NCBI RefSeq assembly: GCF_964204645.1
Contig: NC_134026.1
Span: forward strand, 8,331,950-8,395,949
Direction of reading: 5' to 3'
DNA length: 64,000 nt
Source of the DNA: Tubulanus polymorphus
Lineage: Eukaryota > Animalia > Nemertea
Shown here: piece by piece, positions 27,001-42,000 of the stretch
How the letters are laid out: the number at the start of each line of letters is the position of its first letter
Position numbering within the stretch: position 1 is the stretch's first letter
Made by a program: the position numbers and the translations under genes
The notes under the pieces: model-generated
What the model was told of the DNA's origin: nothing
The model's database searches: none
What the model saw: only the letters and a program-made list of their open reading frames with translations

Positions 27001-30000
27001 TTCGTTTGTCTCTGGATATCTTCCTGAAATTATGATGAAAAATCATGATGGATTTTCGAGAACAGGCCCACAATCGGATATACTGCAGCAGTGAGCCATT
27101 GAATTTCTAAATTCCGAATTTTCATCCGAGTCGAGGCATATGTTTCAAAATGATACAACTTGAAAAGAATGAGTAAATTACCTCGGACATGTCAGTGACA
27201 ACTTCATCGAACAGATTAAAATACAGCACATCTCTGATTGTCTGTAAATTGGCTGGGCTAAAATCATTATCAGGAGGCCTGCGAAAAAAATACAACATTA
27301 ATGACCTGTTATTAGATTAGTTCATGATGGACCTACTTTCCAGCGGTGGATCTTCAACATCTGGAAGGCAAGGGACAAAAAGAAAAGAAAGGATGTAAGT
27401 AGCACCACCAAAAGCCGCAACTGGAGTTCCGTTCAGTGTTTTTTAATAAGTACATCCAAGAGGATGACTGTAAGATTTGCAGGTTTCCGCGATCTCTCTC
27501 ATTACAAAAACAGCACTCTCAATGGGAAAAAGGGTCTGGACCACCAAAACCACAAAGATCTTAGAGAATAGATCCCACACGCTTTCGCTTAAATAATATT
27601 TTGAAATCAACTTATTTCAATCCTCAAGTTTAAGCAAAATCTCTAAGATGTTTAAACCAGTACAAGAAGTTTTAGTTTCATCAGCTCAAAGTCAAATAGT
27701 CAATTGATACGTATCACTTAAATCTATATGATACTATAATAGAGACTCGACTGAAATTTTGGTGCATGTTAAAGTTCTCAAGCTTAGCAAAAGTAAATTG
27801 TCTGTCTCACCTGAAATCAATTTCGAGTTCTTCATTCCAGCTCGGGTTTGGTCCGTCGGCCACGCACGTGGCATACGTTTCGCTCTGAAACATCACTTCC
27901 ACATACGGACGAACGAGATCCTGAAATTAAAATATGGTCAACTACTGAATTCGCAAGGGGACATATGAGATTCTGGATTCAATGATGGTAGCTAAAAAAA
28001 TACAGTAGTGTTCATATGGTACAATTATTTCAAAATACTGCTGAAGAATTTCTAGGATATCGGGCCAGTTAGCCCTGCATCCACTGGCACCTTACGCCAA
28101 CATGGCATTCAACATCATCAAAATTATTTCTTAACATTGTTTTTTCTATATCTTACTCATGTCTTCATTTTGAACATTGCTTTGTTTTTTGTTGATGTCT
28201 TTTTTCTACCTATGTATCTAGGACATGCCCCATTTTGGTAGAGCCTTGTGAGGCTTGGGTCCTTTCAATTATGTTTTAACTTGTCAAAAAGCAAAACAAT
28301 TACGTTGTTACGCATGTACGTATAATGAGAGATAAAATCATTATCATCAGAACATCAAAATCGATAAAATGAGAACTACAAACAATTCATTATCAATAAC
28401 TTGCAATACATAACAAATTTCAACAACCTTTGAACTCCTGAAAAAAACATATAATCACGTACAACAAATAAAAAATATTGTGTGAAAAGATTGTTTCGGA
28501 AAAAAATCAAACCCAACTTTTTCTCAGCATGAACCACATTTGTCCTGCTGAGGTAATAAAGCAACTGAACATAAAAACTCATGATAGAAGGCTTACAGTG
28601 GTCGATCGGTAATGTATAGCTACATTGCTATTCTGAGAGAGTCGATTTAAGAAGTTCCACTCCTAAATTAAAGACAGCCACGGTACCAGAATTACATGTA
28701 TGTGTATACCAGCTACGGTTTCGTGATCGAAAGGAATAGGTCGGAAAAAAAACAAGTGGAAAGTCTATAGAGTATTCCTCCAGCGGCAGTGTGAATGAAG
28801 CATGTAACCAATTTTGATACAACGCCACACTCTTGATACAACACTTACTTTTCGGTGCCTATCGTTCGAGAGAAACTACAAATTATGAAGCGTTACAATG
28901 TAGTATAAACATTTCTCATGGATGAAATGATGGCTGCCAGAAAAAAATGGCTAACTCCACACTGAACTCAACATGTTCAGCTTTTTTCCATTTGGTTATT
29001 CTATGAGTGCACAAGAGAAGAATTCTGAATCTGCTAACAGAAATTAGATCTATCAGCTCAGCTCATGACGAACGACAAAGATTAATGAAGTTGCATTCAC
29101 CGGAGCTGGCTTTTCGCTTATAAGACCAGTTTCTAACTAGACAAGGGTCACATCTTTTTTGTTCATGGTGGCTAGAAGGCATAATACTATAAGTTAATAA
29201 CTTCAAGACTTGTAGGGCAGAACCCTTAAAATAGTAACTGGAATGAAAAAGAGATCCCCATAAATGTTGCCATAGTTCGACAAGTAGAAAGATTGATGAT
29301 GAAATATAGGGGATTCCCAGGATTGTTTTTAGTCTGGAGTAAGAATACCAAACATGTTGGGGATTCCCATCAATATTCGGCTCAGATCTACTGGCATTGT
29401 GCTGGGATACACTTCCTTTCTAAAGGTATGATTATTTCAAGTTTGGTTTGGCATGTGGGGCGAACACGACTTCAACGCGTAGTTAAGATGCTGGCCTAGC
29501 AGCCATAAGCATATCAAATGCTCAAATATATTGTTTTAACCATAGGATATAGAAGATTTTGGAATAGTGATTTGAGCTCAGAATCCTGTGAAGGTCATAG
29601 CAGCCCGGATACAGTTGGTTGTCTTTTTAATGTTCTCATGTGCATTGGCGCATAGGCAAACATTGGTAGCTATCTTCTATAGAATTACTGTAAATGATAG
29701 ATCATCGTATCAATCATACGTTATTTGTGTTGGCGAGATAACATAAACATACCTCGGCGGTTCGGGCTCTTCTCGCTCCTCGTGTCGTTTCACCCCCTCT
29801 AGAAAGATGAAAATTTGGAGATTAGAACAATTTCTAATGAAATGTTTTCAATCAATTAACACGCCAAGAACTTGCATTGCGGAAACTCATTCCATTTCAC
29901 ACGGCTAAGAAACTTAGTGCTCGATCATGGGGGTACTCTAATTAGTAACTCATGCTCGCAAGGGTTTAATTCTAACTTGTCACTTCAACACACAATTGTA

Positions 30001-33000
30001 CCGATTAGCTAGGGAATTTTCATCTCAAAAGGGAAAAATTTGACAGGAAAAATAGTAATAGGCTGTACCTTAATATTTGGAAGTAATTGAAATCTTAATT
30101 AATTGAAAGAGCAGAAACCTCTTTCGAATAGTAGAGTAAACCTTGTCTAACTCGGACGAACTGGGACTGGCAAAATCGGTCTAAGATAAGGATAGGAAAA
30201 TGATTTTAGTTTCCGTCGACTTAGTCAAAAGAGTTGGCTATTTCCGAATAAGGTGAGGTTTACTGTAGTAGTGGTCAGATCATCTCCCCACTAGACCCAG
30301 GTGGGTGATTAGCGCCGATGTGGGGTCATCAATTGAGGGACACATTCCCAATAAAAGAAAAGGTAAGGTCTGACTGCCAACACGACTTACCCGGTCTCCT
30401 GATCGCGAACGGGAACGTCGAATGCGCGTATGACGTTCACCAAGATCTTTACGTCGACACCTTGCAATACTTGCGCCGTCACCTTCTTTCTAGTTTTCCT
30501 TATCGGACGCAACGGTCGTCTCTGCACTCCTAATTTGATCAATTTCGGAATCAACGTGCTAACAAAAAGAGAGAAAGGATCATCGAAGAACCCTGTAAAA
30601 TCTCTGATGCAACCATTGATGGAACACTATATCCAAGTTGTGAATAATAACGGCAAGTAATATATCCAATAAAGTATTCCTGAAGATGACTATCAGGATA
30701 TAGTCGAGACGTTGAATAAACTACTAGCTCAAGGAAGCATTTCGCACTTAACATTATTATCAAACCTGATAACTCAGCTGAAGACCCTTAGTAGCAAAAT
30801 GAAGAACGCTTCTATGAATACGATATGACAAAGCACCGAATCACCGTACGATTAGATTAATCAATTAACAATTTACTAGGAAAACTTGGAAACTTGTTTA
30901 CTCAGTACAGATTCACGTAAAAACAAATCTACGCACGCTTATCAAAAATATGAAGTAGAAACAAAAGCCGAATGAAACAAGATTTGAGTAAACCTTTACT
31001 AGGCTCTTGTATTGTAATGGCCATAATGCGAAATGGGCAATTCTATGGAGGCAAATCTATAGTTTCTACCAGGAAAAACTTACGCAATGTCGGGTACTTC
31101 GTCTTCCACGATCATGTCGCTGAAGTGTTTCTGATGCGCCAACGCTCGGAAACGCTGCAAAACTTGTTCACGCACCTGCATGTAACGAAAACCAGAATGT
31201 TTCACCGCACACTGACTATATCCAAAACATTTACTACATTCTTTTTAGTCAAGTAATAAGCTCAAATATCTGATCTTAGACTCAACAGTTCATTCATTGC
31301 TTTCATTCAATTTTCTTCATTTCCCACCCGAATTACAATGTTCACAAGAAACGACAAGAAGAGAAACATTTACTACGTAATTTGAGTCAAGTAATAAGCT
31401 CGAAAATCTGATCTTAGAAACAACAGTTGTTTTTCAATTGCATTCGTTCACTTTACTCATTTCGTACCACAAGAAGAGAAAAGAATACTGAAGTATCACA
31501 ATAAAGAAAGAAACGTGAATATTCACAAAAAGTCGAGAAGATACACAATATCCATGTATGATGTATAATCGAGAGAAATCCGAAAATAATTCTGCCAAAA
31601 AATAAAAAGTCCTTGAATAGAAGTGGAACGATGTTTTGGCTAAAAGCTATTAGCCATCATCAGGCTTACTTCTATTCAAGAACTCCTCATTTTTGGCTGA
31701 ATTATTGTTGGATTTCTCTCGATTAGTTAATATGAATAAATACAATTGCATCATAACGTATGAATTATCATTATTGATGCTCTATCCTGCGCAAAAGAAA
31801 TTGCATTTCATTCTCAGAAGGAAAATTTGTACTGATTAACTCGATTATCATGAGATGCCAATTTCTATGAAGTAGCTCTGGATCCTACAAATGCGCGAAG
31901 CAAAAGGAAAATGAACAGAAAATTGACAGTACCTGCTGCATGTATCTCGTCACTTGTTGTCTGTGACTTTCCACATCTCGCAGTTCACGAACCGACTTCA
32001 CTCTTTCCGCTTCTTTCTTCTTCTTTTCGAATTCCTGGAATTAATTACACACATCACTAATCCTAAAACCGAAACAATTAGACTAGCACATATTAGAGTT
32101 GATTTTGATATAGTGTGAAAGGTAAGAATCAGGCTAAGGAAACTTGTGCTGGGCCTTAGCGTATTCTGGAATATGTTACCTAGTCCATCTAAATCTAGTC
32201 CTTCAATCGATGTTTTTAAATCTAAGCTAAAAACCAATTCGTTCATCGAAGTTTTTAACATAACTCATTTCTACAGTTTGAATACAAATCGAGGCCAAAA
32301 ACATCGAAAATGAACTAATTTCAACTCTGAATCAAGCTTAACCCTTTCAGTGCATCTACACCGCAGTGCGGTGTACGAATCAGTGATGGATTTTGCTAGT
32401 ACACCGCACTGTGGTGTATTGATTTAATTAGTAATTACTTATTATCTCTCTTGAAAGATGGCAGCACCTGTCAAACATAGTAAAATATTAGTAACTAACG
32501 ATACACCGCGCCAGGGTGTAGACGCACTACTGTGCTATTCCCATTATTCAACACACTAGGGTGGAATTTTTCAGAATTTTCAAATTATCTTCAGCACTAT
32601 AGGGTATTAATTAGCCAGCACTGAAAGGGTTAATCAAGGTCTGGATCCTGAAGTCCAATACCAGCACTCCATATAACGGAACTTACCACGAATATATCGG
32701 TTGGAATTTCTCTTTCGACAATCGGAATCGGTTTGTAACTACGGAATTCTTGGATCTCCTGATCGCGATACTCGAGCAATCGGAACCGAAGGTTTTTACT
32801 GAGGTCATCGTCCGTACAGAAGTTGAACTCTTCCTGCAACTGTTCTAAACGGAAATAGTCCGGCATCTTCAATTTGCCGTCCAGCCCAATTCCGTCAGAA
32901 CCACCCATCGGCTGAAAATGGAAGATAAACGTTTCCAGTTATCATTCAAGTCTAACTTATCGTAAAATAATGTTGTTTTTATAATATTTTTTATCATTTA

Positions 33001-36000
33001 TCTGTTTTTAAAATTATTGTCTACCATCGTTTATTACCAATCAATTATCACAATCATCATCATTATCATTATTATTATTTTGTTAAGGGAGTTTTATATA
33101 TATTGTACTTGTTGCTATTATTCGATCAATAATGACACGAGTAGTATTATATAGGTTAACTATTTATTTAACGCATGAGCTTGTAATAAAACTTGTATTA
33201 GAGAAGAAATGTAATAAAACTTCTGTATTAGAAACAAGAAATTTCTAATAAAAAATAAAAAAAACAAAACAAACCTTCATCAAATAGACGAGGTCGGCAT
33301 TTGAAGGATCATTGGGATCGAGGCGCGATTCGGCGATCCATTTCGACAACTTCTCCAGATCGACCATTCCAGCAGCACCGATAGCTGATACAGCGTCGCG
33401 ATTCTTCATCGAACTGGAAACATGGAATAAAGTTGCCATTGGACAAATGTAGATTACTATTGAAAAATATGAAAAATCTTCGCAGTAGGCTCATAGATTC
33501 GGTGAACTAGTTTTCTATGAACACATCTGGCAGGGCAGCTTTTTTCTATTTTCTGCAAATTCTAAGCTGATAAATACCTTTAAAATGCTATAACTAAATT
33601 ATTTGAAGTCTATTGCGCAATAAGGGGAGGTTGGTGGTTTATATACCAGTTCTCAAACTTCATGAACTAATAGTTAATTGTGCACTAACTTTTTAGTTTT
33701 TTAACGTTGATAATATGGTAACATGGTAAGAATCAATCCAGTCCTATTTAAATCCTAGTTCATGTTCTCCCCAACACCCAAATGAATTTAGATTTAAAAT
33801 ATTAATGAGTGAACATGAATATTCAGCTAACAATCTCTTCAAACTGTCATGTAGTTACGGTAATTTACTCCTTTTTGAAGACTATTTGTCTGGAACTATG
33901 CATTACTTGCCATAGCTATATCTATCAACTTTCCTGTTACTCCTTCATATTATTTTGTATAACTTTCCAGAACATAAAATATATTTCATGTTATGTTATA
34001 TTCCCGTAACCAGACTGTTCATGAATCAAAACTTTATTCCATTTCAATCTAATGGACGTAACGTGAAATTATAGATACTTATAGGTTTAGAAGAAATCAA
34101 CTTCTCTGCAAGGGTCTTTATGAGTACAATGTTAACTAACTAAGATACCTGTAAGCAGTGTTACTGTTTGCAGTTAGACTGGTTGGTATCATCGTCGTTC
34201 CATCTGAGTCAATAGCCCAACACAGACTACAACTTATCTCACCAGTCGTCATCAGGGATACCATTTTATTCGTATCCAAATCAAATAAAACTCCTGTTAA
34301 ATACAAACATTTTTTGAAAATCGTCCGAAAAAATATGTTTGGAGCAAGTACATGGCAGTTCTGAGCGCTCACTTAAATCCAGGTATGTCTGGATGGATTT
34401 AGGGGGCCAAAAGAACACGATTTTGGTTGCCCACCTCATCAAGTCTTATATCGTATGAATGCCTTGACTATTTACTACAAGATAACACAAACTTGTAATG
34501 CATGAAAACAAACTGGGAATGAGCTATTCGGTATCGTGATAAGTTTGGATTTCCCCTTGAATTTCCTGAGAAGTAAAATACACTACACAGTGAAATTCCT
34601 GAGTGCTTATAGCGTTGATGCCTACACAGGGTTTATGAGTCCAATTAACAAAACTTCGAGAACACGAAACCAAAAACTGATATTCGATAGTTTTTGTCCG
34701 CATACAACTATAGCATTTCTACCACTTGTAACCAACCCACGTACTCACCACTGCCCACGCCCTCGTGCGTGTGTTCCACCTTATGGTCGCAACTGAAATC
34801 AAGGTCTTCCAACTGGACGTTTTCCGAAGTTACCGTAGACTCGGGGATTATCAAGTACATTTCGGCCAAAAGGTCGGTCGTGAAACCGCGATCTTCATAA
34901 ATCTGTCAATCAAATTTATGCATTAATAGGCTAGGGGAGGGGTCAGTGCAATTGCATACTGTAATGCTTAATGTATATGAAAAAATGGCTGTTTTTTGCC
35001 TTCAAGGGGGAGGGGTTTAAAATTGTATGCGTACGTAATAAATGAATGACCCCATGACAGCTATCAGTTAGTAGGTATCCGGACTTTGCTTAAATTTTGC
35101 GATTTCTCTGGCCAACATTTAGGTAAGATTCCACTCGAATTGGATCGTGGAACTTTGCGATATCCAAGTTGGATGGCATCAAATACTGCATCATATATAT
35201 TTACCTCCAAACGAACACTTTCCGGCCATTGGACAATCAGAATATTGATGATTTGAGCGAACGATACTTTGAATTCCTGATTTAATGTTCTACAATTTAG
35301 AAGCAGCAGGATTGACAAAACCATGGACATGAGTCAGGACAAGAACTTCAAGAAATATTTTCTGGTGACGCAATACAATCCAATCTGAACCCTGATCTAC
35401 AGTTCTGAGTTAACCTGTTCGCTGAGTTAACCTGTTACAATCCCTAGGAGTCCTCGCGAAATTGGCAATATCAAAATAAAGCAATTACCAGTACAGTTAC
35501 CAGATACACACAAATTCATGAACAATATAATGAAAGCAAAATCCCACAATTGAAGGCTAAAAATTAAAGAGTTTATTGACATCGCAATGTTTCAGATGTA
35601 TATCCTAACAGCCATTATCAGGTGGAACATTGAGGCGTCAATAAACTGTTTAATTTCAAGCCTTCAATTGTGGGAATTCGCTTTCACAGCAAATCAACAA
35701 TCAGCAACTGGCACATATTTGACCGATGAGCATTGAGGATAAGTTTGTTAACAGCCTCAGCCAATCAGGTCATCCTCGATTTTTAGAAAGGGAATATGAA
35801 ATAGTGAACGAAAACAATCAGGACAGCTAGTCGATAACAAAGTGGCAACGTCGTTATCCGGAAATAGGAGATTTCTAGCTTGACTCGAAAAATAGATAGG
35901 AAGAACTATCTATAGCATATATCTGCTTCGCCATTAACTAAAATGCAAAACCTCGACCTTCTCTACAATTAATCTTGACTCACAGCTGTAAAAGTCGGTC

Positions 36001-39000
36001 CTGTCCACTTACTTGGCTTTACTGTGGCAAACTGCTTTGTTGTTGAAGATGACTTTCACCCATATTTTACATTTTTCGATGGCATCCCTGCGTTGTTGTT
36101 CGCCTCGAGGACACTGATGTTTTGGCGTGATCGTCGCCGATTCGGAGAGTTCCGGATGGATGATCGGCTCGCCGGGTCGCCGGCGGATGTTCAATATTTT
36201 CTCTTTGATCTGCTCACGGCCGAGTCTTTCGTCAAACTTGGTCGGTGGCTCCGGTCGCGGTAGATCTTCCGCATCTAGTATGTCATCATCCGATTTTGCC
36301 TGTTCCTAAAAGTCAATGATATAACCATTTTATATCTTACATAACATAATAAAGAATCCAAAATGATCATCATCCGGAGATATATTTAGTTGCCAACCGT
36401 CTGAGAAGAGCAACTATGAAGTCACAGTGTATCATATTGACGGTCAACAGATTTCAACTGAAGTAAGAAGTCCCAGTTGACTACTGCCTTTTTACGAATT
36501 GTTAATGCAAACTTAAGATAGAGTCGAACTTCGTAATCAGTGTGTTTTTGTTGATAAAGTTAGGATTTTCACGTGATTCTCTATAATAACTCTGTCCTAA
36601 CATGTATGCCAATTTTCAACTATGTATCTATGTACCGTTTGTCATAAACAATGTCTTTCTTTTAATGTACTGTAACACTTGAATTGTCTTTTGTATCATG
36701 ACCAAGAGTTTGTGGAATAAAAATAAGGTGAAGTAAAGCCATTTGTCAGCAAATATGATGCATATGAACAATATTCACTATGTTGGTGAAGAACTACGTA
36801 TGGCAATCTATAGCAGTTGCTATCTAATGTATTGGTAAAGTGCGTAATAATAATACATCGTAATTGTAAGAGTTCCCAGGTTTATCATTGCAGTGGTACA
36901 ATAGGACATGTGATACCCACTAAAATAAACTCAACCTCAACTAAAGATCGGGCCACAATGAATATCGATGTACCATTTCCTAAAAATTCCAAAGGCTGTC
37001 ATGGTAACGATGTCAAAGTAAGCAGACACCCACCTCGTCTTCTTCGTTGAGCTCATCCTGCGAACCTTTTCGTTCTCGTCGCCTCTTGCGAGCCTCCGCC
37101 TCCTTCTTCTGTTGTTGTTGTTGCTGATATTGCGCCATCGTAATGTTATACTGAACGGTGAGACGATTGTATTCTTCGGTTTGTTCATCTTTCAATTCCT
37201 GTAGTTCTTCTTCTAACTCTTGATTCCAATTGTACTGATCCTCCTTGCGATTTGTCTCCTCCCTGCAACGAATGAAATATTCATGCTTTGCTATGATAGA
37301 ACTGGCCACACAAACTCATACGCTATAGATATTTTGCAGTTCAAACTATACAGAGCACCCTTCGGTTTTCTTTGTTAGATTACTAGTGCCGGAACTAATA
37401 ACCAAACGCACTATGATTTGGTCGTAAGGCATTTCACTGTGTCGGCCATCTTGGAAATAAGTCAGAAGTATTGCTCAATCCCTATTTCCGGACCATAGTT
37501 TCGACTACCTGACATTCAGTTTCACTTAGTTCACAAATAGTCGACTAACTTTGATAACCGAACTTTGCCCAGGGTGTCAATAGCATATATCTATGACTCT
37601 ACAATATACATTCAAGTGTTTTCCATTAGGCCTAGTCAAACCAGGGAGGTGCTCCTTCCTCACACTGAGACCCTCCTCAGCTTCAAATGGCCACAACATT
37701 TGTCACACATGACTGATATTCATCTTAAAGGTGCTATTTTTCAATGATGAAATTGCACACTACTACTAAGTTTTCTAACTGGTTAGAAATATGCTATTGC
37801 ATATTTTATCCTGCATACTATTGCATATTTTATCCTGCATACCCTGTATACCACTTCTTTGACACACTAAACAACAGTCCATGCTGCATCAAGCATGGTT
37901 TTTAAGCCAACTTTATTTCATGTACAAGCCAATTCACAATGAGATTTTTCGTGCATGTTTGTAGTTAGCACCAACAAGAACTACAAGCACAAGAAATCTA
38001 ATAGTGGTGAAAATCTAAATCAATATCTGGCAATGACGATGGTCTCTAGCAAGACACTGAAACATCTTTCAAATTTACAGTGATAGATTTCATTTTTCTA
38101 ATCTTAAATTTGTATACAGTGGTCGTTTGACTATATTGTGTATTAACCACGTTCAAATGTGATATGTATGTTTTCAACGTGCAAAACCAAACATACAAAA
38201 CAAAACCCAAGACCCTTTGACAACTAACCTCCTAATTGACAATTTTACAGCCGTATTCGTGCATCGTTGCAGCTGTCGGAGGCTTTTAATTTCTTTCCAG
38301 GTTCGCAGAATTCCCTTGATCACTAGTCTGTCATTTTCCTCTTCGTTGTCACGTTGCTGTCGCGTTTGTCTATGGAACGAGAGAGAATAGACAATATACG
38401 TTATGAATTTAAGACAGCACGTTTCGAAAAAATTAAAAACTTACTTAATATCGTTCTTATAATCCCGCAGACGGCTTTCCTGGTCCGCGATATGTTGAGC
38501 CGGACGGCCTTGAACCTAATTGAGAGGAAATACCGAAATGATGAAAAATTCTTCTATATGTACTTAACACGATAAATGGCGAAAAAAATTAAATGCTTAC
38601 TTTTTGCGATCGAATTGACTCTTGTAGATTTGAAGATGCAACTTTTAATGCCCTGAGCTGGAAAACAAATACGCCGCATATTTTTTTGACAGAAATCAGT
38701 TATTTCAAATTTGACAAGTAAATATGAGTAATTCTTTGATAGTCAGCAGGGTGGCCACTTTCCGCTCATTTACAAATCCCCCGAGTTTTCCCCGATTATT
38801 CCATGTAATTGCACAAAATTCCCCGAATGAATCAGAGAAATTTCTAAGTTTAAAATGTTACTATTCATTCATTTTTCATTGAATGACATATTGATAAAGA
38901 AACATGAGTTTTCAAGGTCACCATGATCAGGGGAAAATGGCAACTGTTGGATAGTTTTCGAGTACTCGGAGACTTGAATGAATAAATTAATTCACAAGAC

Positions 39001-42000
39001 GGCTTACCAAGGCAGTCAAATGAAAATCGTAATTCAAGAGACTGTCCATGATAGTAGGGGTCGGTTGGCTACTCAGGGGCCAGTGTTTGATTATTTTTGT
39101 ACGAATTAGCCGACTTACAAAGAAATACGTAGCAACTCTTGAGAAAGCTGGTGTAATTTGCTTACCCGTTCAGTGAGATAGGAGACTAGATTCTTTTTCG
39201 TTCGTTGCAGATGTTCGTCGTAGAGTTGAGTAAGGCGTACGGCGAGCACGTTCTCTCGGCCGAACAGATGATGGTGCGAAAACGATATCGAGTTGATATC
39301 GACATCCAACTGATATTTGGAAAGCATGTCGATCCTTCCGTCGATGTATCGGCTATCAAACTCCTTTAGTTGAGCCTAAATAAAAGTATACCGGTTTAGG
39401 CGAAATTAGGCGACAGCTTTCTTAATCTCATTTTCGGCGATGAAAGAACACGCTCGGCGAGATATCAACAAATTGAGGAAAATTAGAATAACTTTCAAAA
39501 ATATTACAAATTGAAATTCTAGCACTGTCTTTTTTTATAGATCCGGTTCCCGTTCCTAAGCTTTAACCGTTTCAGTGCTGCATCTAAACCGCAATGCGGC
39601 GTATAAATCGGTAATATCAACTCTGAATCAAGCTTAACCCTTTCAGTGCGTCTACACCGCAGTGCGGTGTACGAATCAGTGATGGATTTTGCTAGTACAC
39701 CACACTGCGGTGTATTGATGTAATTAGTTACTATCTCTATTGAAAGATGGTAGCACCTGTCAAGCATAGTGAAATTTTAGTAACTAACGATACACCACGC
39801 CGCGCTGTAGACGCACTATAGTGGTATTCCCGTTTTTTAACACACTAGGGTGAAATTTTTCATAATTTTCAAATTATCTAGAGCACTATAGGGTATCAAT
39901 TAGTCAGCACTGAAAGGGTTAACAGAGAGTTAAGATTGGAGTTCATTTCTGATTGCTCAAACCCTATCGTCGAATTGTAACTCAGAACTATGGAATGAGG
40001 TCATGTTTTAACTATAACCCACAGAGATGAGAACGCCGACCTATAAAATGCGCAGTTTTTTTTGTTGAGTTGCACACGCGAAACAGCTGATGGCATAGCA
40101 CTCGCACAAGCGATTTTGGGGGCTTGGGGGTCCTCCCCCAAGAAAATTTTAGAAATTAAAAGCATTTTCCAAGCACTTAGAGCGATCTTGAACCCATGAA
40201 CGACTATTATATTTTGGAAGGTGATGGCTAGTTCCAATGTGGTACATCCTCATTCGATGACATTCAGCATCTCATGCATTACGGGTCGAGCCCTGAATTA
40301 TTGCAGTTAAAACGCACCGATGAATGCTCACTAAAAATCATCACCCAGTAATGTATAATATCTGAAGGCATTCGCCACACACGTGCGACAACAGTAAGTA
40401 GGCCTATGTACATTACTTCTGTTGCCGCGCGCGCTCGTCTGCAACCGATCGATAAAATACATACACACTCATCGTAGTACAAACGTAGATACAAAATCAG
40501 GGTTGCAATGAATATGCATTCAAATGCGATACTTTTATGTGACGATAAGTAAAACAGGCACTGAACGCTTTTACGGTTCACTACCGATCGCACCAGATCA
40601 ATTGAATGAGGTCATCAACCCCCCCATACTTTTACATCATTTTCGGACTATTTGGAAAATTGATATTTTTCAATACCGAAATCCGCGGGAAACCGCGGAT
40701 CCGCGGGGAATTCTCATCCCTGAACCCAGGACCCAGTCACGTACTTAGTACTTGGTTAGATTTGACTCTGTAGTTTGTTAGCTTTGAGACAAATCTTAAT
40801 CTACGTACAACCCTGTAGATCTGTATCCAGTGGTTAATAAATTGGAGATAGCACTCGTGGTATGCAGGGGTGGATCCTCGGTCAGAAGGAAGGGGTGTCC
40901 ACTAAAGAAATTTAGGGCCTCTTTCCATCTTTCCAAGGTTCACCGCAATTTCGTTTCTCACATACTCAATATTTTAGAACTTCTAGAATGGTAATAAAGC
41001 CAATAACCACAACAAAATCTTGATATTTTTCTTAGAAGATATTCAGTCCGGAATTTTTTAAGATGGAATTTTCAAGGGACCGCAAAATTTGGGGGGGTTG
41101 TCCCGCAATGTTATGGTTCAAAAGGGGCTATAAAAATCACTCCATAAATGTCAGAATGTTCTACGAATGATAAATTCAGCCCACATACCGTAATGTAGGC
41201 AAGCCTCATTTCAGTGGATGTTGCTAGTTCGATACTAACCTTGCAGTAGATAGTTTCGATGAACGGATCAACTTCTTCGCTGATCGGAGGCCGGTTGGGT
41301 ATTTCCTTTAAAGGATTTGGCAGGATCATCACCTGACCATCTTCCCCGAACCACTTCTTGCCCTGAAAAATCGTGAACAAATCCATGATCCCGTGACATA
41401 TGGTTATTGAAACATTTGATTTATCAATGCTTGACAATCTCACAATTTCAATATTCAATGCCCCTGGCAAACAAACTGTATACATTAATCAACGAGCTTG
41501 AAACTCACTATAATCATAAAAGATTTGCAAAAACTTACCAAACCATCCGGTTCATGTAACAGACGATCTTCTAATTTGTTTTGATTGCGCAATGAGACAA
41601 TCGGGCGTTCACCCACGAACAATCCTTCTTCCTCCAGAAAACGTGGCTCGCAGTCCTCTGGTATCTTCTTCTCAGACGGAACTAAAATAGAAATAAAAGA
41701 GGTCGCTTTTAAATTCTATTTGATCAAAAAATTTCATATCCGACATTTCAAATGGAAAGTACGTATACTCTTGTTTCTACATGATATCAGATTGCCATAG
41801 ACCCTTCCAGAAAAGATGGCTGGCCCGATGTAACCCCCTATGACATCATTTATGTGGCAATCTTACAGTCTCTAACAGTCAATAAATCAAATCTCTAAGA
41901 CTAGTAATTCTGATGCAGATAACGGATAAAATCTTGATGATTGTGAACCAATTACCGGTACACAAAAATTACCAGATATATCCCCCATAAAAAAAATCCA

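Noticed and set aside
29290-29500. Possible tyrosine-recombinase remnant on the minus strand (LTTR*SR...LEIIIPL...QC)
   Set aside because: Similarity too short and too degenerate to support without a profile search.
31225-31470. Local ~100-bp direct duplication (also small ones at ~17040-17130, ~25900-26080, ~37795-37841)
   Set aside because: Ordinary intronic slippage or tandem duplications with no further structure.
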